From positions 9,257-73,256 of the forward strand of contig JAUVYF010000001.1 in NCBI GenBank assembly GCA_030603215.1: a DNA stretch of 64,000 nucleotides, in the 5' to 3' direction. The notes below the pieces were generated by a model. It was not told where the DNA came from. It did no database searches and saw nothing but the letters and a program-made list of their open reading frames with translations. Numbering within the stretch: the first letter of the stretch is position 1; every line of letters begins with the position of its first letter. Both the position numbers and the translations under genes were made by a program. Origin of the DNA: Candidatus Bipolaricaulota bacterium. GTDB taxonomy: Bacteria; Bipolaricaulota; Bipolaricaulia; UBA7950; UBA9294. Below are positions 18,972 through 31,945 of the stretch, piece after piece.

Positions 18972-20021
18972 CTAGGCCTTCCCCAGTTTCGCTGCGAGTG
19001 CCGCAAGCTCTTCATCGACGATGCACCCTTCATTGAGCATCTGTTTTCCGTCCAGCCAGGCGGACGTATTGAGACAGACGCCGTCCGTGTGAGACGCCGC
19101 TGGTACCCCAACGGGCGCAATCACGCAAGACCCGATATTGCCGAGACCCCACTCGGTTGCGCCCCAAACGCGCTCGTCTTCTACGACGTTCCCCGTCAGC
19201 TTAGCACCGGGATGAAAGCCCCAACACACATGTGCGATGTGGAACATCCGCGGGTCGTCAAAACTCGCGAGCCAGCTGTCAAATTCTCTGGCTTGAGTCC
19301 CTCCTTCGATCCTAACCACTTTTCCTTTTTCGACAGTGAGTCGAACCGGCTCCTCCAGCTTACCGCATGGGGGATTGATTGACCCGTCAAAGACGATGAT
19401 TCCGTTGATCGATTCCAAGACGGGCGGCCAACCGACTTGACCACCAAGCATGAACACGCCAGGCTTGTCCGCATAGCCGGCATCCCAGCCGAGCAGGTAA
19501 TTGGGATCAGAGGATATGTCGAATTCCACGTCGGTTCCCGCAGGAGTGGTCCAATGTATGTGCTTGGCGGCCTTGGTCAGTTCGTAGACCTTCTTCAGGA
19601 ACTCAGTCAGTGCCGGATAATCCACACGGCCGATCAAGCGTACCATCATGTCCACATCCATGCCCACGAGGTTCAGATACCGAAGCTTCGTATTCTCCTT
19701 CACGACGCGCTCGTAGGGCGTCGAATACAGCAGCCACTGGTTGTTGAACTCGACCCACGCGTCGGCCCCGATCAGTGCTCCGGTCAGGGATTCGATCGGC
19801 AGCATCGGGTCGGCCGCCATTCCAACACCCAAAGGGGATGCGAGCCAGATCACCATTGGCTTTGCATCCGCCGCGAAAGCAGCTCGGGCCGTCGCATCTA
19901 CCACGCGCGGGTCGCTCTCTGTATCCGCCGTGATAACGAACGTCTCTCCCTGCTTGAGCTTGAATAGCTCTCTCGTAAGTACATCAGCTGCTTTTCCCAA
20001 TTCATACTCGTAAAGTTTCAT
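18972..20021 (-). CDS. M29/aminopeptidase T-like metallohydrolase
   Basis: TPAGTD, GIIVFDGS, IAHVCWGFHP, EDER, SHTDG; start MKLYEY follows GGAGG. Confidence 0.75.
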   Translation of the reverse strand: MKLYEYELGKAADVLTRELFKLKQGETFVITADTESDPRVVDATARAAFAADAKPMVIWLASPLGVGMAADPMLPIESLTGALIGADAWVEFNNQWLLYSTPYERVVKENTKLRYLNLVGMDVDMMVRLIGRVDYPALTEFLKKVYELTKAAKHIHWTTPAGTDVEFDISSDPNYLLGWDAGYADKPGVFMLGGQVGWPPVLESINGIIVFDGSINPPCGKLEEPVRLTVEKGKVVRIEGGTQAREFDSWLASFDDPRMFHIAHVCWGFHPGAKLTGNVVEDERVWGATEWGLGNIGSCVIAPVGVPAASHTDGVCLNTSAWLDGKQMLNEGCIVDEELAALAAKLGKA

Positions 20022-20157
20022 GTTGGCTCCTCCTCTGGAACCCGGGTAATCAGGTTCAAAAAAACATCCAGCACAGTTTACTCCTAACATCATAGTCGCC
20101 TTAGCCCTAGTTGACAACATGCTTGATAGGCTCTATTGTTTGTTATAAAGGGGTGAG

Positions 20158-20835
20158 ATGCAAAAGTGGCTGCTAGTCTTGATCATCATCGGATTGATTC
20201 CGATCGTACTGTTTGGAAGAGGTTGGCTAATGCAAAGCAAAGCTGAATTGATTCTTCTTTCTGATGCAGAGCAATTACAGCTTCTCCAGTTTGCTCGTCG
20301 GCATCTGGGGGATGTACTGGCTGGAAAATCGGGGATCGTAGTCAACATAGACAGCCTCTCTGTAAACCTGAAAAAACAAGCAGCGTGTTTTCTTACCCTA
20401 ACAAAGGATGGGGCCTTGCGGGGCTGCATCATTGATGACTTTCGCCCACATGAGCCACTGTACAAGAACGTTTTACGGAACGTTGTACTCGCGGCAACAG
20501 CTGATCAGCGGTTCTCGCCAGTGAGAGTTGATGAGCTCGACAAGATCACAATTGAGATCAGTGTTCTCGACATACCCAGACCACTTGCGTTTGACGACCC
20601 AGAGGAATTGCCTGAGAGACTCAATCCAGGAAAGGATGGAGTGATTCTCACTACTGCGACAGGGACATCAACGTACCTTCCTCATGTATGGGAGCAATTT
20701 CCAGATCCGGTGGCATTTCTCTCTTCCCTGTGTGAGAAACAAGGAGCTTGCACTGATTGTTGGCAGACTAGCCCACTTCCACGGGTTGAAATCTATCATG
20801 TATTTCACTTTGGGGAAGGTGACATTTCCCTGTGA
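20158..20835 (+). CDS. amrA: AMMECR1-domain protein (AmmeMemoRadiSam protein A) with an N-terminal membrane anchor
   Basis: ACFLTL..DGALRGCI, AATADQRFSPV, IEISVL, STYLPHVWEQ. Confidence 0.85.
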   Translation: MQKWLLVLIIIGLIPIVLFGRGWLMQSKAELILLSDAEQLQLLQFARRHLGDVLAGKSGIVVNIDSLSVNLKKQAACFLTLTKDGALRGCIIDDFRPHEPLYKNVLRNVVLAATADQRFSPVRVDELDKITIEISVLDIPRPLAFDDPEELPERLNPGKDGVILTTATGTSTYLPHVWEQFPDPVAFLSSLCEKQGACTDCWQTSPLPRVEIYHVFHFGEGDISL

Positions 20836-20917
20836 TGCGCTTGCCAAAATGGCCTGCTAGTAAGCTAGCAGAGCGAAAGGTGTATCGGAAAAAGAACGAA
20901 TTTAGCACTGACCTATT

Positions 20918-21424
20918 ATGACCATGAAAGAACGATTGTACGCAAGCATGATTTGTTGGGAGGGATGGCAGTTTGTTGCTGTTTCTTCGCGAAAAGGCGC
21001 GTGTTACATTGATCTTTGCGGAACCCCTCTCACAGAGCTGAGCCGGAAGTTGCACAGCACGGTTGTCCCCGATGATTATCACAATTTATCCATTCTACAG
21101 GAACTTCGTGAGTATCTAGCCGGGCAAAGAAGAACTTTTAGGTCTCCGTTCTACACGCAAGGGACCCCATTTCAGCGATCAGTATGGGATGCAGTATTAG
21201 AGATTCCTTACGGAGAAACCTGCTCTTATGGCGACATTGCCGCGGCAGTCGGAAGACCACTTGCGGCTCGTGCGGTAGGAGGAGCAGTAAGCGCAAATCC
21301 ACTTCCTATTATTATCCCTTGCCACAGGGTCATCGGAAGAAATGGTAAGCTCGTTGGGTTTGGTGGTGGGCTCGCGCTAAAAGAGCGGCTACTCGCTTTG
21401 GAGCAGGGCAGCCTTGATCTCTAG
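20918..21424 (+). CDS. ogt: Methylated-DNA--protein-cysteine methyltransferase
   Basis: GTPFQRSVW, IPYGET, NPLPIIIPCHRV active site. Confidence 0.93.
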   Translation: MTMKERLYASMICWEGWQFVAVSSRKGACYIDLCGTPLTELSRKLHSTVVPDDYHNLSILQELREYLAGQRRTFRSPFYTQGTPFQRSVWDAVLEIPYGETCSYGDIAAAVGRPLAARAVGGAVSANPLPIIIPCHRVIGRNGKLVGFGGGLALKERLLALEQGSLDL

Positions 21425-21528
21425 CTTGAGGCAGCCTAGCCATGTATATCTGATTATGAAGTTGTAGCTGCCGCGCATTGCCACACTCTGGATCACGAGT
21501 TACTCGGATAACAAGTGACAAAAAAGAA

Positions 21529-21648
21529 ACCAGGCGATGACCTACTCTCCCAGCCCCTCGCAAGGCTAGTACCATTGGCGCTAGAGGACTTAACTTCCGT
21601 GTTCGGTATGGTAACGGGTGTGGCCCCTCTGCTATATATCACCTGGAA
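21529..21648 (-). rRNA. rrf: 5S rRNA
   Basis: Reverse complement contains CACCCGTTACCATACCGAACACGGAAGTTAAG and GGGAGAGTAGGTCATCGCC. Confidence 0.95.
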
Positions 21649-21685
21649 TCATAACATTCCTTGAAAAGTAAACAGGGTGTGTGTC

Positions 21686-24784
<3,099 letters not shown>

Positions 24785-24896
24785 AACACACACTCTATTC
24801 ACTTTTCAAGGATCACGCACAGAAATAGACACACACCTACACACTAATACCTTAGTGTATTGTGTGTCAACTCATTCTGCCCGACTTGCAGAGAAA

Positions 24897-24925
24897 ACTT
24901 TACTCAAAAGATCTTGCTTTGTCAA
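24897..24925 (-). promoter_or_regulatory. Sigma70 promoter of the 23S-5S unit
   Basis: TTGACA-17 bp-TAAAGT about 110 nt upstream of the 23S 5' end. Confidence 0.75.
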
Positions 24926-24988
24926 GTCAACATTCATCTATGAGGTGAAAAAATCATGGGGTTGAGTGATTGGACCCAGTGAAGGCCT

Positions 24989-25348
24989 CTACGTAAGGAC
25001 TTCTTTTCTGGCTAACAGGTTGTCTTTGTCGATAATTCGATCTTTCCATAAGGACTCAATATCATAGAAAGCACGCGCTTCCTTTAAGAGAACATGAATT
25101 ACGACTTGCCCATAATCCAGAATGACCCATCGACGCTCGCGCAAGCCTTCACGGTGCAGTAATTTGGCGGGTAGATTTTCACTGAGGTTAGAGATTATTG
25201 CCTTTACGTGAGCTGGATTGTCGGCTTCTGTAATGAGAAAATAGCTAGTGGGAATAGATTCCTCTTGCAGGTCAATTATGACTGTTTCTTCACCTTTTTT
25301 CTCATCGATCAATGTGGTTGCGGCACGCAGGAGGTCGGTCTCATCCAT
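24989..25348 (-). CDS. rsfS: Ribosome silencing factor RsfS
   Basis: IDEKKGE, WVILDYGQVVIHV, FYDIESLW; start set at MDETDLL, overlapping the LCP stop. Confidence 0.9.
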   Translation of the reverse strand: MDETDLLRAATTLIDEKKGEETVIIDLQEESIPTSYFLITEADNPAHVKAIISNLSENLPAKLLHREGLRERRWVILDYGQVVIHVLLKEARAFYDIESLWKDRIIDKDNLLARKEVLT

Positions 25349-26540
25349 TGTCAACCTTGAAACCAGCACCGGTAACCAGAATGAGATTGGTTCCCGCAGG
25401 GACAAGAGGTTTGAGCGCAGAATAGTGGGGTTCAAACTCATCAGGGAAGACGATAGTCGATGCCTCTGAAAGCGCCCTTTCGAGGATTTGTGCCGCCTCT
25501 TTGCCGGTTAGGGCAACAATATAGGTTTGATCGTAGTCAAAGGTCTCCGCGTTGGCGACCTTGCTAATTCTGAACGCGCGCTCATGTAGATAGGTAGCTG
25601 TATTACTTGCTACCAACGGCTGTCCACTTCCATTGAATACAGCTACACTAATCTGATCGGGAGTAAGTATGTTGATCCCCTTGATCAACCGGGCGACAAG
25701 CTGCTCCATCTCTATTACTTGAGGCTCAAGGTAGCTGATTTCATCAATTGATACAGGTACTCCTGGAACCGTGGCCATCTGTAGGCGCGTGCTATCCAGT
25801 CCTTGCAGAAGTTTAGCCAAATCGTATAGGTCAATGAGAGAAAGATTAGTACGTAAGTAAGGATAGATAGCTCTAACGATATCTCTGATTGATCCGATAT
25901 TTTGGTTTTGTAATCCTTTCCCCAGTATGGCACCGATCAACTTTTGTTGACGCGTGATCCTGCCTATATCGCCGGAACTACCTCCTCGATAACGAATGTA
26001 ATCAAGGGCAGTCTTCCCATCAAGTCTCTGTGCGCCTGCTTGGATATCAATGTGCAAGGGCGGATCAGCGCGGTAGTCATCATATTTCATTGGCTCCTCT
26101 ACTATGATATCTACTCCGCCGAAGTGATCTATTAATTGTTCGAATCCCACATAGTCGAGCGTGAGATAGAATGGAACGCTAACCCCAAGCAGGCTGGAAA
26201 CTGTCTCACAGGCAAGATCTGGTCCGCCGATTGCATAGCTTGCGTTAAGTTTATGAAACTCTCCGTTATCGAATTTGACCCGCAAATCCCGAGGGAGCGA
26301 GAGCAAGGCAATGTCCTCCCCCGGAACCAGACTTACGAGCATCATGGTATCGCTTCGGTTACTATCCCCAGCATTGTCCAAGCCCAAGAACAGAATGTTC
26401 GTGTGTTCCCCTTGACTGATCAGACGCCCTACATTACGTTGTGTCAAAAAGTAGTATGAAACAAACGCGGCGATGATCACAACAGCAACACAGCCAAGAA
26501 CAGCGATACGCTTACGGATGATTTTTTCCCTCATCTTCAT
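25341..26540 (-). CDS. LCP (LytR-CpsA-Psr) family protein with LytR C-terminal domain
   Basis: NILFLGLD, RSDTMML, LSLPRD, KLNASY, YIRYR, DIGRITRQQ; VFNGSG C-terminal domain. Confidence 0.9.
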   Translation of the reverse strand: MKMREKIIRKRIAVLGCVAVVIIAAFVSYYFLTQRNVGRLISQGEHTNILFLGLDNAGDSNRSDTMMLVSLVPGEDIALLSLPRDLRVKFDNGEFHKLNASYAIGGPDLACETVSSLLGVSVPFYLTLDYVGFEQLIDHFGGVDIIVEEPMKYDDYRADPPLHIDIQAGAQRLDGKTALDYIRYRGGSSGDIGRITRQQKLIGAILGKGLQNQNIGSIRDIVRAIYPYLRTNLSLIDLYDLAKLLQGLDSTRLQMATVPGVPVSIDEISYLEPQVIEMEQLVARLIKGINILTPDQISVAVFNGSGQPLVASNTATYLHERAFRISKVANAETFDYDQTYIVALTGKEAAQILERALSEASTIVFPDEFEPHYSALKPLVPAGTNLILVTGAGFKVDNG

Positions 26541-26776
26541 CTTATGACGCTATCACAAGGAGTAACGAATGTCAACTGCACACTTGACCTTGTAGAGATA
26601 TCTCGACTTGTTCCCTAACAACGGATATCCTTGTCCTGCAAGGAAAGTGCGATGGATTCTTGTGCAAAACTCATCAAAGACCACCAAGGGTCTGTGTCAG
26701 CAATAGTACCGTGACCGGATGCCATTTGTAGCGGTAGAAGCTCCACTTATCACTGGCATAGTGACGGAATGAGATT

Positions 26777-28126
26777 ATGGCAGAGGGGAAGCGATCGGCG
26801 CGCAAAGAGATTACTAGCATGATCAAACGCAATTACCGTCCACGTGTACGCATTATTACCTTTGGCTGTCGAGTCAATCAGTATGAAAGCGAAGTAATGA
26901 GATCGTTGCTGGCGCCTCGTTTTGATATTGTGGACGACAAGGCAGATCTTCTCTTGCTAAATGCGTGTACGGTAACCTCTCTTGCTGAACGCAAGACTCG
27001 CCAAGCAATGCGGAAACTGCGACGCAAGTATCCACTGGCGAAGATTGTAGTAATTGGCTGCCTTGCCGATTCCGTATCTCAAGGACTGACACAGATCGAA
27101 GGAGTCGATCTTCTGGCTGGAAATGCCTGGAAGATGAGAATTTGCGATGTTGTGAGTCGTGCTCTTGGAAGCCAGCAGGGGTTACTCCCAACAGTTGAGC
27201 TGTTCCCGCTAGCGGAAGAGCATATTGAGGAACATGTTGGTCGCGTACGTGCTTTTCTCAAGATTCAGGATGGATGCGACCTGGCATGCACGTATTGTCG
27301 CACTACGCAAGTTCGAGGTCGCTCACGCAGCAAGCCAGTTGTTTCCGCACTTTGTGAGGCCCGCGAGCTTGTTGCGCGTGGCTATTCAGAAATTGTCATT
27401 GCTGGGATTAACTTAGCCCAGTATGCGCCACCTGATGGTAACCTAGAGTCGCTTGCCCGAGGTATGTTGACAATAGACGGGCTGCGCCGTTTTCGTCTTT
27501 CCTCGATTAACCCAGCTGGAATTAGCGCAGAGCTAGTGGATGTATTGGCCAGTGATTCTCGCGCTTGTCAACACTTTCATCTTCCACTTCAGAGCGGAGA
27601 CGATGTTGTTCTGCGGCGCATGGCGCGTGGATATACCTCTGCTTTTTATCTTTCTCGTGTGAGTATGATTCGCAATGTTTTTCCTGATGCAACATTCGGG
27701 ACTGACATAATGGTGGGCTTTCCAGGGGAAACCAAGTCTGCTTTCCTGCAAACCTGTTTGTTGATTAAGGAGGTAAGATTTGCGAACCTTCACATCTTTC
27801 GCTACTCTCCTAGATATGGAACAATAGCGGCCGATTTTTTGAACCCTGTTATGGAACAAACGAAAACCGAACGCGCACATAGCATTGCGTGTCTTGGAGA
27901 AGCAATTCGATCGATAGAAGCGGAACGGTTGTTGGGAAAGTGTAAGAAGGTGCTGATCGAAAACAAGAGTGACGGGGAATGGCGGGGATACACGCGGGAT
28001 TATTTTGACACTCATCTACTAGGTGAGCCAAGCGTTGCCCCTGGCGATGAAGTAGACGTTCGGATTGTGAAAGTGAGCAACGATTACTTGGTGGGGGTGA
28101 AGGGAAATAGAACAGACAACCGTTGA
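26777..28126 (+). CDS. mtaB: tRNA methylthiotransferase (MiaB/MtaB radical SAM family, MtaB-like)
   Basis: TFGCRVNQYES, NACTVT, KIQDGCDLACTYC, HFHLPLQSG, TDIMVGFPGET. Confidence 0.85.
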   Translation: MAEGKRSARKEITSMIKRNYRPRVRIITFGCRVNQYESEVMRSLLAPRFDIVDDKADLLLLNACTVTSLAERKTRQAMRKLRRKYPLAKIVVIGCLADSVSQGLTQIEGVDLLAGNAWKMRICDVVSRALGSQQGLLPTVELFPLAEEHIEEHVGRVRAFLKIQDGCDLACTYCRTTQVRGRSRSKPVVSALCEARELVARGYSEIVIAGINLAQYAPPDGNLESLARGMLTIDGLRRFRLSSINPAGISAELVDVLASDSRACQHFHLPLQSGDDVVLRRMARGYTSAFYLSRVSMIRNVFPDATFGTDIMVGFPGETKSAFLQTCLLIKEVRFANLHIFRYSPRYGTIAADFLNPVMEQTKTERAHSIACLGEAIRSIEAERLLGKCKKVLIENKSDGEWRGYTRDYFDTHLLGEPSVAPGDEVDVRIVKVSNDYLVGVKGNRTDNR

Positions 28127-28133
28127 GATCACC

Positions 28134-29081
28134 TTGCGTGATAGTGTGGAACCGGCGGCTCTTCTTGGCAAGTTTAATTGCAACGTGAAGGAGATCGAGA
28201 AGTCATTCTCGGCAAGCATAATTGCCCGTGGGGAGATTATCCGTATTGAAGGAAGAAATGAGGAGGTTGAGCAAGTTCGTTCACTATTCAACAAACTTAT
28301 TGATGTTGTCAAGAGTGAGCACGTTCCCAGTTTGGATGAGCTGCGTTACTTGATCAGGCAAGTCAAAGAGGGAAGAAGCCTTGATGGTGTTCTTTCTGAT
28401 GTTGTACGAGTAACTCACTGGGGCGAGGAAATTCGCGCCAAGACAGCCGGCCAGCATTCCTATATTGAAGCCATGCGTAGCAAGGATATTGTCTTCTCCA
28501 TTGGGCCCGCAGGAACGGGAAAAACCTACCTCGCAGTTGCAATGGCAATTGATTGCCTAAAGACAGGAAAGGTAAAGCGCATCATTCTTACGCGGCCCGC
28601 GGTAGAGGCCGGTGAGGAGCTTGGGTTTCTTCCTGGTGACATTCGGGCTAAGGTTAACCCATACCTGCGTCCCTTGTATGACGCAATCTATGACATGATT
28701 CCAGCTGGAGAGTTTGAGAAGTTGGTTGAGCTGGGGAGAATTGAGATGGCACCGCTAGCGTTTATGCGTGGCCGTTCGCTTAACAACAGCTTCGTCATCC
28801 TTGATGAAGCGCAAAATACAACATCGATCCAAATGAAAATGTTCTTAACGCGCCTGGGGTTCCATTCCAAGGCTGTTGTCACCGGGGACATAACCCAGAT
28901 TGATATTGGGGAAGGAGCATCCGGTCTTGCCGCTGTGCAGGGAATCCTGAAAGGGATTGATGATATTTCGTTTGTTATCCTTGACAAGAGAGATGTTGTA
29001 CGCCATCCTCTTGTGGCACGAATCATAGAAGCTTATGAACAGAATGAAAACCAGCTTGCGGGGAAGAATTCTTGCCGTTAA
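28134..29081 (+). CDS. phoH: PhoH family ATPase
   Basis: GPAGTGKT, RPAVEAGEELGFLPGD, LDEAQN, DVVRHPLV. Confidence 0.93.
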   Translation: MRDSVEPAALLGKFNCNVKEIEKSFSASIIARGEIIRIEGRNEEVEQVRSLFNKLIDVVKSEHVPSLDELRYLIRQVKEGRSLDGVLSDVVRVTHWGEEIRAKTAGQHSYIEAMRSKDIVFSIGPAGTGKTYLAVAMAIDCLKTGKVKRIILTRPAVEAGEELGFLPGDIRAKVNPYLRPLYDAIYDMIPAGEFEKLVELGRIEMAPLAFMRGRSLNNSFVILDEAQNTTSIQMKMFLTRLGFHSKAVVTGDITQIDIGEGASGLAAVQGILKGIDDISFVILDKRDVVRHPLVARIIEAYEQNENQLAGKNSCR

Positions 29082-29124
29082 GCACACTTACCGGGAAACA
29101 GCTTATTAGGTTTGCGACAAGAGA

Positions 29125-30489
29125 CTAGTCGGCTGAATTGGGCTTGTCTTCGGCGTTGCGCCTCCTTCGTACAAAAGCAGGAATAGTGAGATCTGTATCT
29201 TCAGTGATTCGCTCACGGCGGAGCCTGCCTTTGCTCAGTTGTCCTTTCTGCGATATCTCTTGAAAGTCGGCAGCAATGACAGTTATCTGTATCTGGTTTC
29301 CAAGGTTTTCCCGTATGACCGCACCAAATACAAGGTCACACTCGACTGCTGCTATCTTGCGGATTACATCCGCAGCTTGTGTTACCTCTTGCAGTGTCAG
29401 ATCCTGCCCCCCAGTGACATTCATAATCATCTTTCTCGCTCCTCGGATTGAACCTCCCTCCAGGAGTGGATTTGTGCTTGCTAATTTGGCAGCAGCCATT
29501 GCTCGTTGGTCTCCACGTGCCTTCCCCATCCCCATCATTGCTGTGCCTGCATTGATGAGAACATTGCGAATGTCGGCGAAATCAAGGTTGACCAAGCCAC
29601 GAATAGTTATTAGATCGGATATTCCTTGTACCCCTCGAAAAAGGATCTGGTCAGCTAATTCGAACGCCTTTGTCATTGCTATTCCCTTGGCGGCAGTCTC
29701 AAGTAGGCGATCGTTGGAGATGGTGATCGATACATCTGTCGCTTCTGACAGCCGAGCTAATCCGTCCTTGGCCCGCTTTGCTCGCACAACCCCCTCAAAG
29801 GAAAAGGGTTTGGTTACAACACCGATAGTCAGTGCGTGGCTCTTTTTAGCGATCTCAGCAATTACCGGAGCAGCTCCCGTTCCAGTTCCTCCGCCAAGCC
29901 CGGCAGTAACAAACACAAGATCCATATCCTCTAATAAGTTTGCGATTTCCCAATGGGATTCTGTTGCCGCCTTTTGCCCCCGTGCTACATTGCCACCTGT
30001 TCCGCGTCCACCGGTGATGTCAAGACCAATTTGAAGGGTGTCATGAGCACGAGAAATCCCCAATATCTGCTTGTCGGTATCGACCGCGATCAGTTTTACC
30101 CCTTGAAGGTTCTCTTCATGCATTCTGTTGATGGCATTTATTCCACCGTCGCCAATCCCTAAGACTGCAATGTGTGCAGATATCCCTGCGTGGGGCTGTG
30201 TTTGACGAGCACTTTCAACAAGCGGCGGTTCGCCAATTACGACACACCGCGGCCCAATCACCTTGGCGACCGTTTCCTCTATCTTGGGAAGTTTGCGCAG
30301 GCAGTATTCCTTCTTGAACTCACTGTCTACTGCAATGGTAATTTGGTCCTTGTCAAGCGTGATACGCTCGGGACTCCTGGGGAGACATACTCGAAGGATG
30401 CGGTCGTCAATAGCTGCAAGCACCGCTCGCCAATTATCAGCTACCCTGCTCTCCGGGTGTAAGTTATCGGCTTGCTCTTTGTCTGGCAT
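29125..30489 (-). CDS. ftsZ: Cell division protein FtsZ with an ~100-aa N-terminal extension
   Basis: GGGTGTG signature, PFSFEG, NLDFAD T7 loop, C-terminal DLTIPAFVRR peptide. Confidence 0.95.
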   Translation of the reverse strand: MPDKEQADNLHPESRVADNWRAVLAAIDDRILRVCLPRSPERITLDKDQITIAVDSEFKKEYCLRKLPKIEETVAKVIGPRCVVIGEPPLVESARQTQPHAGISAHIAVLGIGDGGINAINRMHEENLQGVKLIAVDTDKQILGISRAHDTLQIGLDITGGRGTGGNVARGQKAATESHWEIANLLEDMDLVFVTAGLGGGTGTGAAPVIAEIAKKSHALTIGVVTKPFSFEGVVRAKRAKDGLARLSEATDVSITISNDRLLETAAKGIAMTKAFELADQILFRGVQGISDLITIRGLVNLDFADIRNVLINAGTAMMGMGKARGDQRAMAAAKLASTNPLLEGGSIRGARKMIMNVTGGQDLTLQEVTQAADVIRKIAAVECDLVFGAVIRENLGNQIQITVIAADFQEISQKGQLSKGRLRRERITEDTDLTIPAFVRRRRNAEDKPNSAD

Positions 30490-30704
30490 TTTTAGTCCTT
30501 AGACAATTCTCCGTTCACATAGGGAAAAAGTCAATAGCTTGAGTATGTGTAGTGGCTAGGGCGGGATAGGTTTTTCTCGACAGCACAGGTATCCCTTTGC
30601 AGGAATCAAGCCGCCCAAACCATGAAAGGAGTAAGAGACAGTCGGAAAACGGAGTAAGATGTATGAGATCGATTGGGAAGGTGAACAAGTTGGTGAGACA
30701 GTGT

Positions 30705-30893
30705 CTACTTTTCTTTCTTAGAAGCCGCAATGATCTCTATTCCATTGTAGTAGCCGCAGTGTGGACAGACACGGTGAGGAAGTTTTGGTTCATGACAGTG
30801 GGGGCACTCGCTCACTGTCAATGCGGACATTGCCTGATGTGAGCGGCGCATTCGTACCTTTGATCGTGACGTTCGATACTTGGGTACGGGCAT
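30705..30893 (-). CDS. rpmF: 50S ribosomal protein L32
   Basis: MPVPKYRTSRSK...CPHC...HRVCPHCGYY. Confidence 0.95.
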   Translation of the reverse strand: MPVPKYRTSRSKVRMRRSHQAMSALTVSECPHCHEPKLPHRVCPHCGYYNGIEIIAASKKEK

Positions 30894-30967
30894 CTGTTTT
30901 CTCCTTAAGACTTATCGGCGTTCCAGTTCGCGTAACAGTTTAACCGCGCTATTGTACAAGCGCAAGG

Positions 30968-31408
30968 TTAAGGGGTTTCAAGAAGAAGTGTTACTGGGCC
31001 TTCATTTACAAGCTTCACTGACATCCTAGCGCCAAATTTCCCCGTCTTTACGGGGATCCCCTCCGCAACAAGGGCTGAAACAAAGGCCAAGAAGAGAGGT
31101 TCTGCTTCAGTTGATTGGGCTGCTGTAGAGAAACTTGGACGACGCCCCTTTTGCGTATCTCCGTACAGAGTGAACTGGGATACAGCAAGGATCTCTCCGC
31201 CGACATCACGCAAAGAGAGATTCATTCTTCCTTGACCATCTTCGAAAACGCGGAGGCCTGCGACTTTCCTTGCCAGCCGGGAATAACCAACATCACTATC
31301 ATTCCTGCCAATGCCAATAAGCAAAAGAAATCCCTGGCCGATTGTAATGGGAGCCGCGCCATCAACACTAACTGAGGCTTGGCTGACCCGCTGCAACACA
31401 ACACGCAC
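30968..31408 (-). CDS. dtd: D-aminoacyl-tRNA deacylase
   Basis: [25 protein letters not shown]. Confidence 0.95.
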   Translation of the reverse strand: MRVVLQRVSQASVSVDGAAPITIGQGFLLLIGIGRNDSDVGYSRLARKVAGLRVFEDGQGRMNLSLRDVGGEILAVSQFTLYGDTQKGRRPSFSTAAQSTEAEPLFLAFVSALVAEGIPVKTGKFGARMSVKLVNEGPVTLLLETP

Positions 31409-31414
31409 GATCCT

Positions 31415-31936
31415 TTACCCCTTGTCTTGCAAGCGTTCGGCATGCTCAATCAATTGCTCCATATCGGAATTACTGAGCGAAGCCGTATAAGCCAGCAATC
31501 TTAGATCGAGGTTCTCATGCGTCATTTCTTCCTGGAGGCGATTATGGAACGCTCGTTCGACAAGACGGGGCGCCTTCCGGTGAACATTGCTATCGATGAA
31601 ATTAACCCGCCATTCTGGGAACTTGTTCAGACAGCCCTTGCTAATCTCTAGCAGATGCTGCAGGTGAGGCTCTCGAGTTTCCAAGATCCCATTCAGTTGA
31701 TTCACCACGGATTGGTTGTCAGCGAAGAATATCACTGACTGTGGCGAGTAAGCAAGCGTCCGTTTGCATCCTTCTATTAGGGCTTGGTACACAACTGCTT
31801 GCGGAATACTCCTGCCAATGAGCTTGGAAACCTCTTCTATGACGTTTCCCTGCTTGTCTGTAATAGCAATCCCAATCGCAGCCGCTCCTGGCTTACCTCG
31901 CGCCTTCCCAGCCACGTAAACAAATAGTTTCTCCAT
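31415..31936 (-). CDS. RNase HI-like protein lacking most catalytic acidic residues
   Basis: YVAGKARGKPG (cf. YTDGASRGNPG), AVVYQALI (cf. AEYRALI), ADNQSVVNQLNG; start MEKLF. Confidence 0.7.
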   Translation of the reverse strand: MEKLFVYVAGKARGKPGAAAIGIAITDKQGNVIEEVSKLIGRSIPQAVVYQALIEGCKRTLAYSPQSVIFFADNQSVVNQLNGILETREPHLQHLLEISKGCLNKFPEWRVNFIDSNVHRKAPRLVERAFHNRLQEEMTHENLDLRLLAYTASLSNSDMEQLIEHAERLQDKG

Positions 31937-31945
31937 AGTTTCCTG

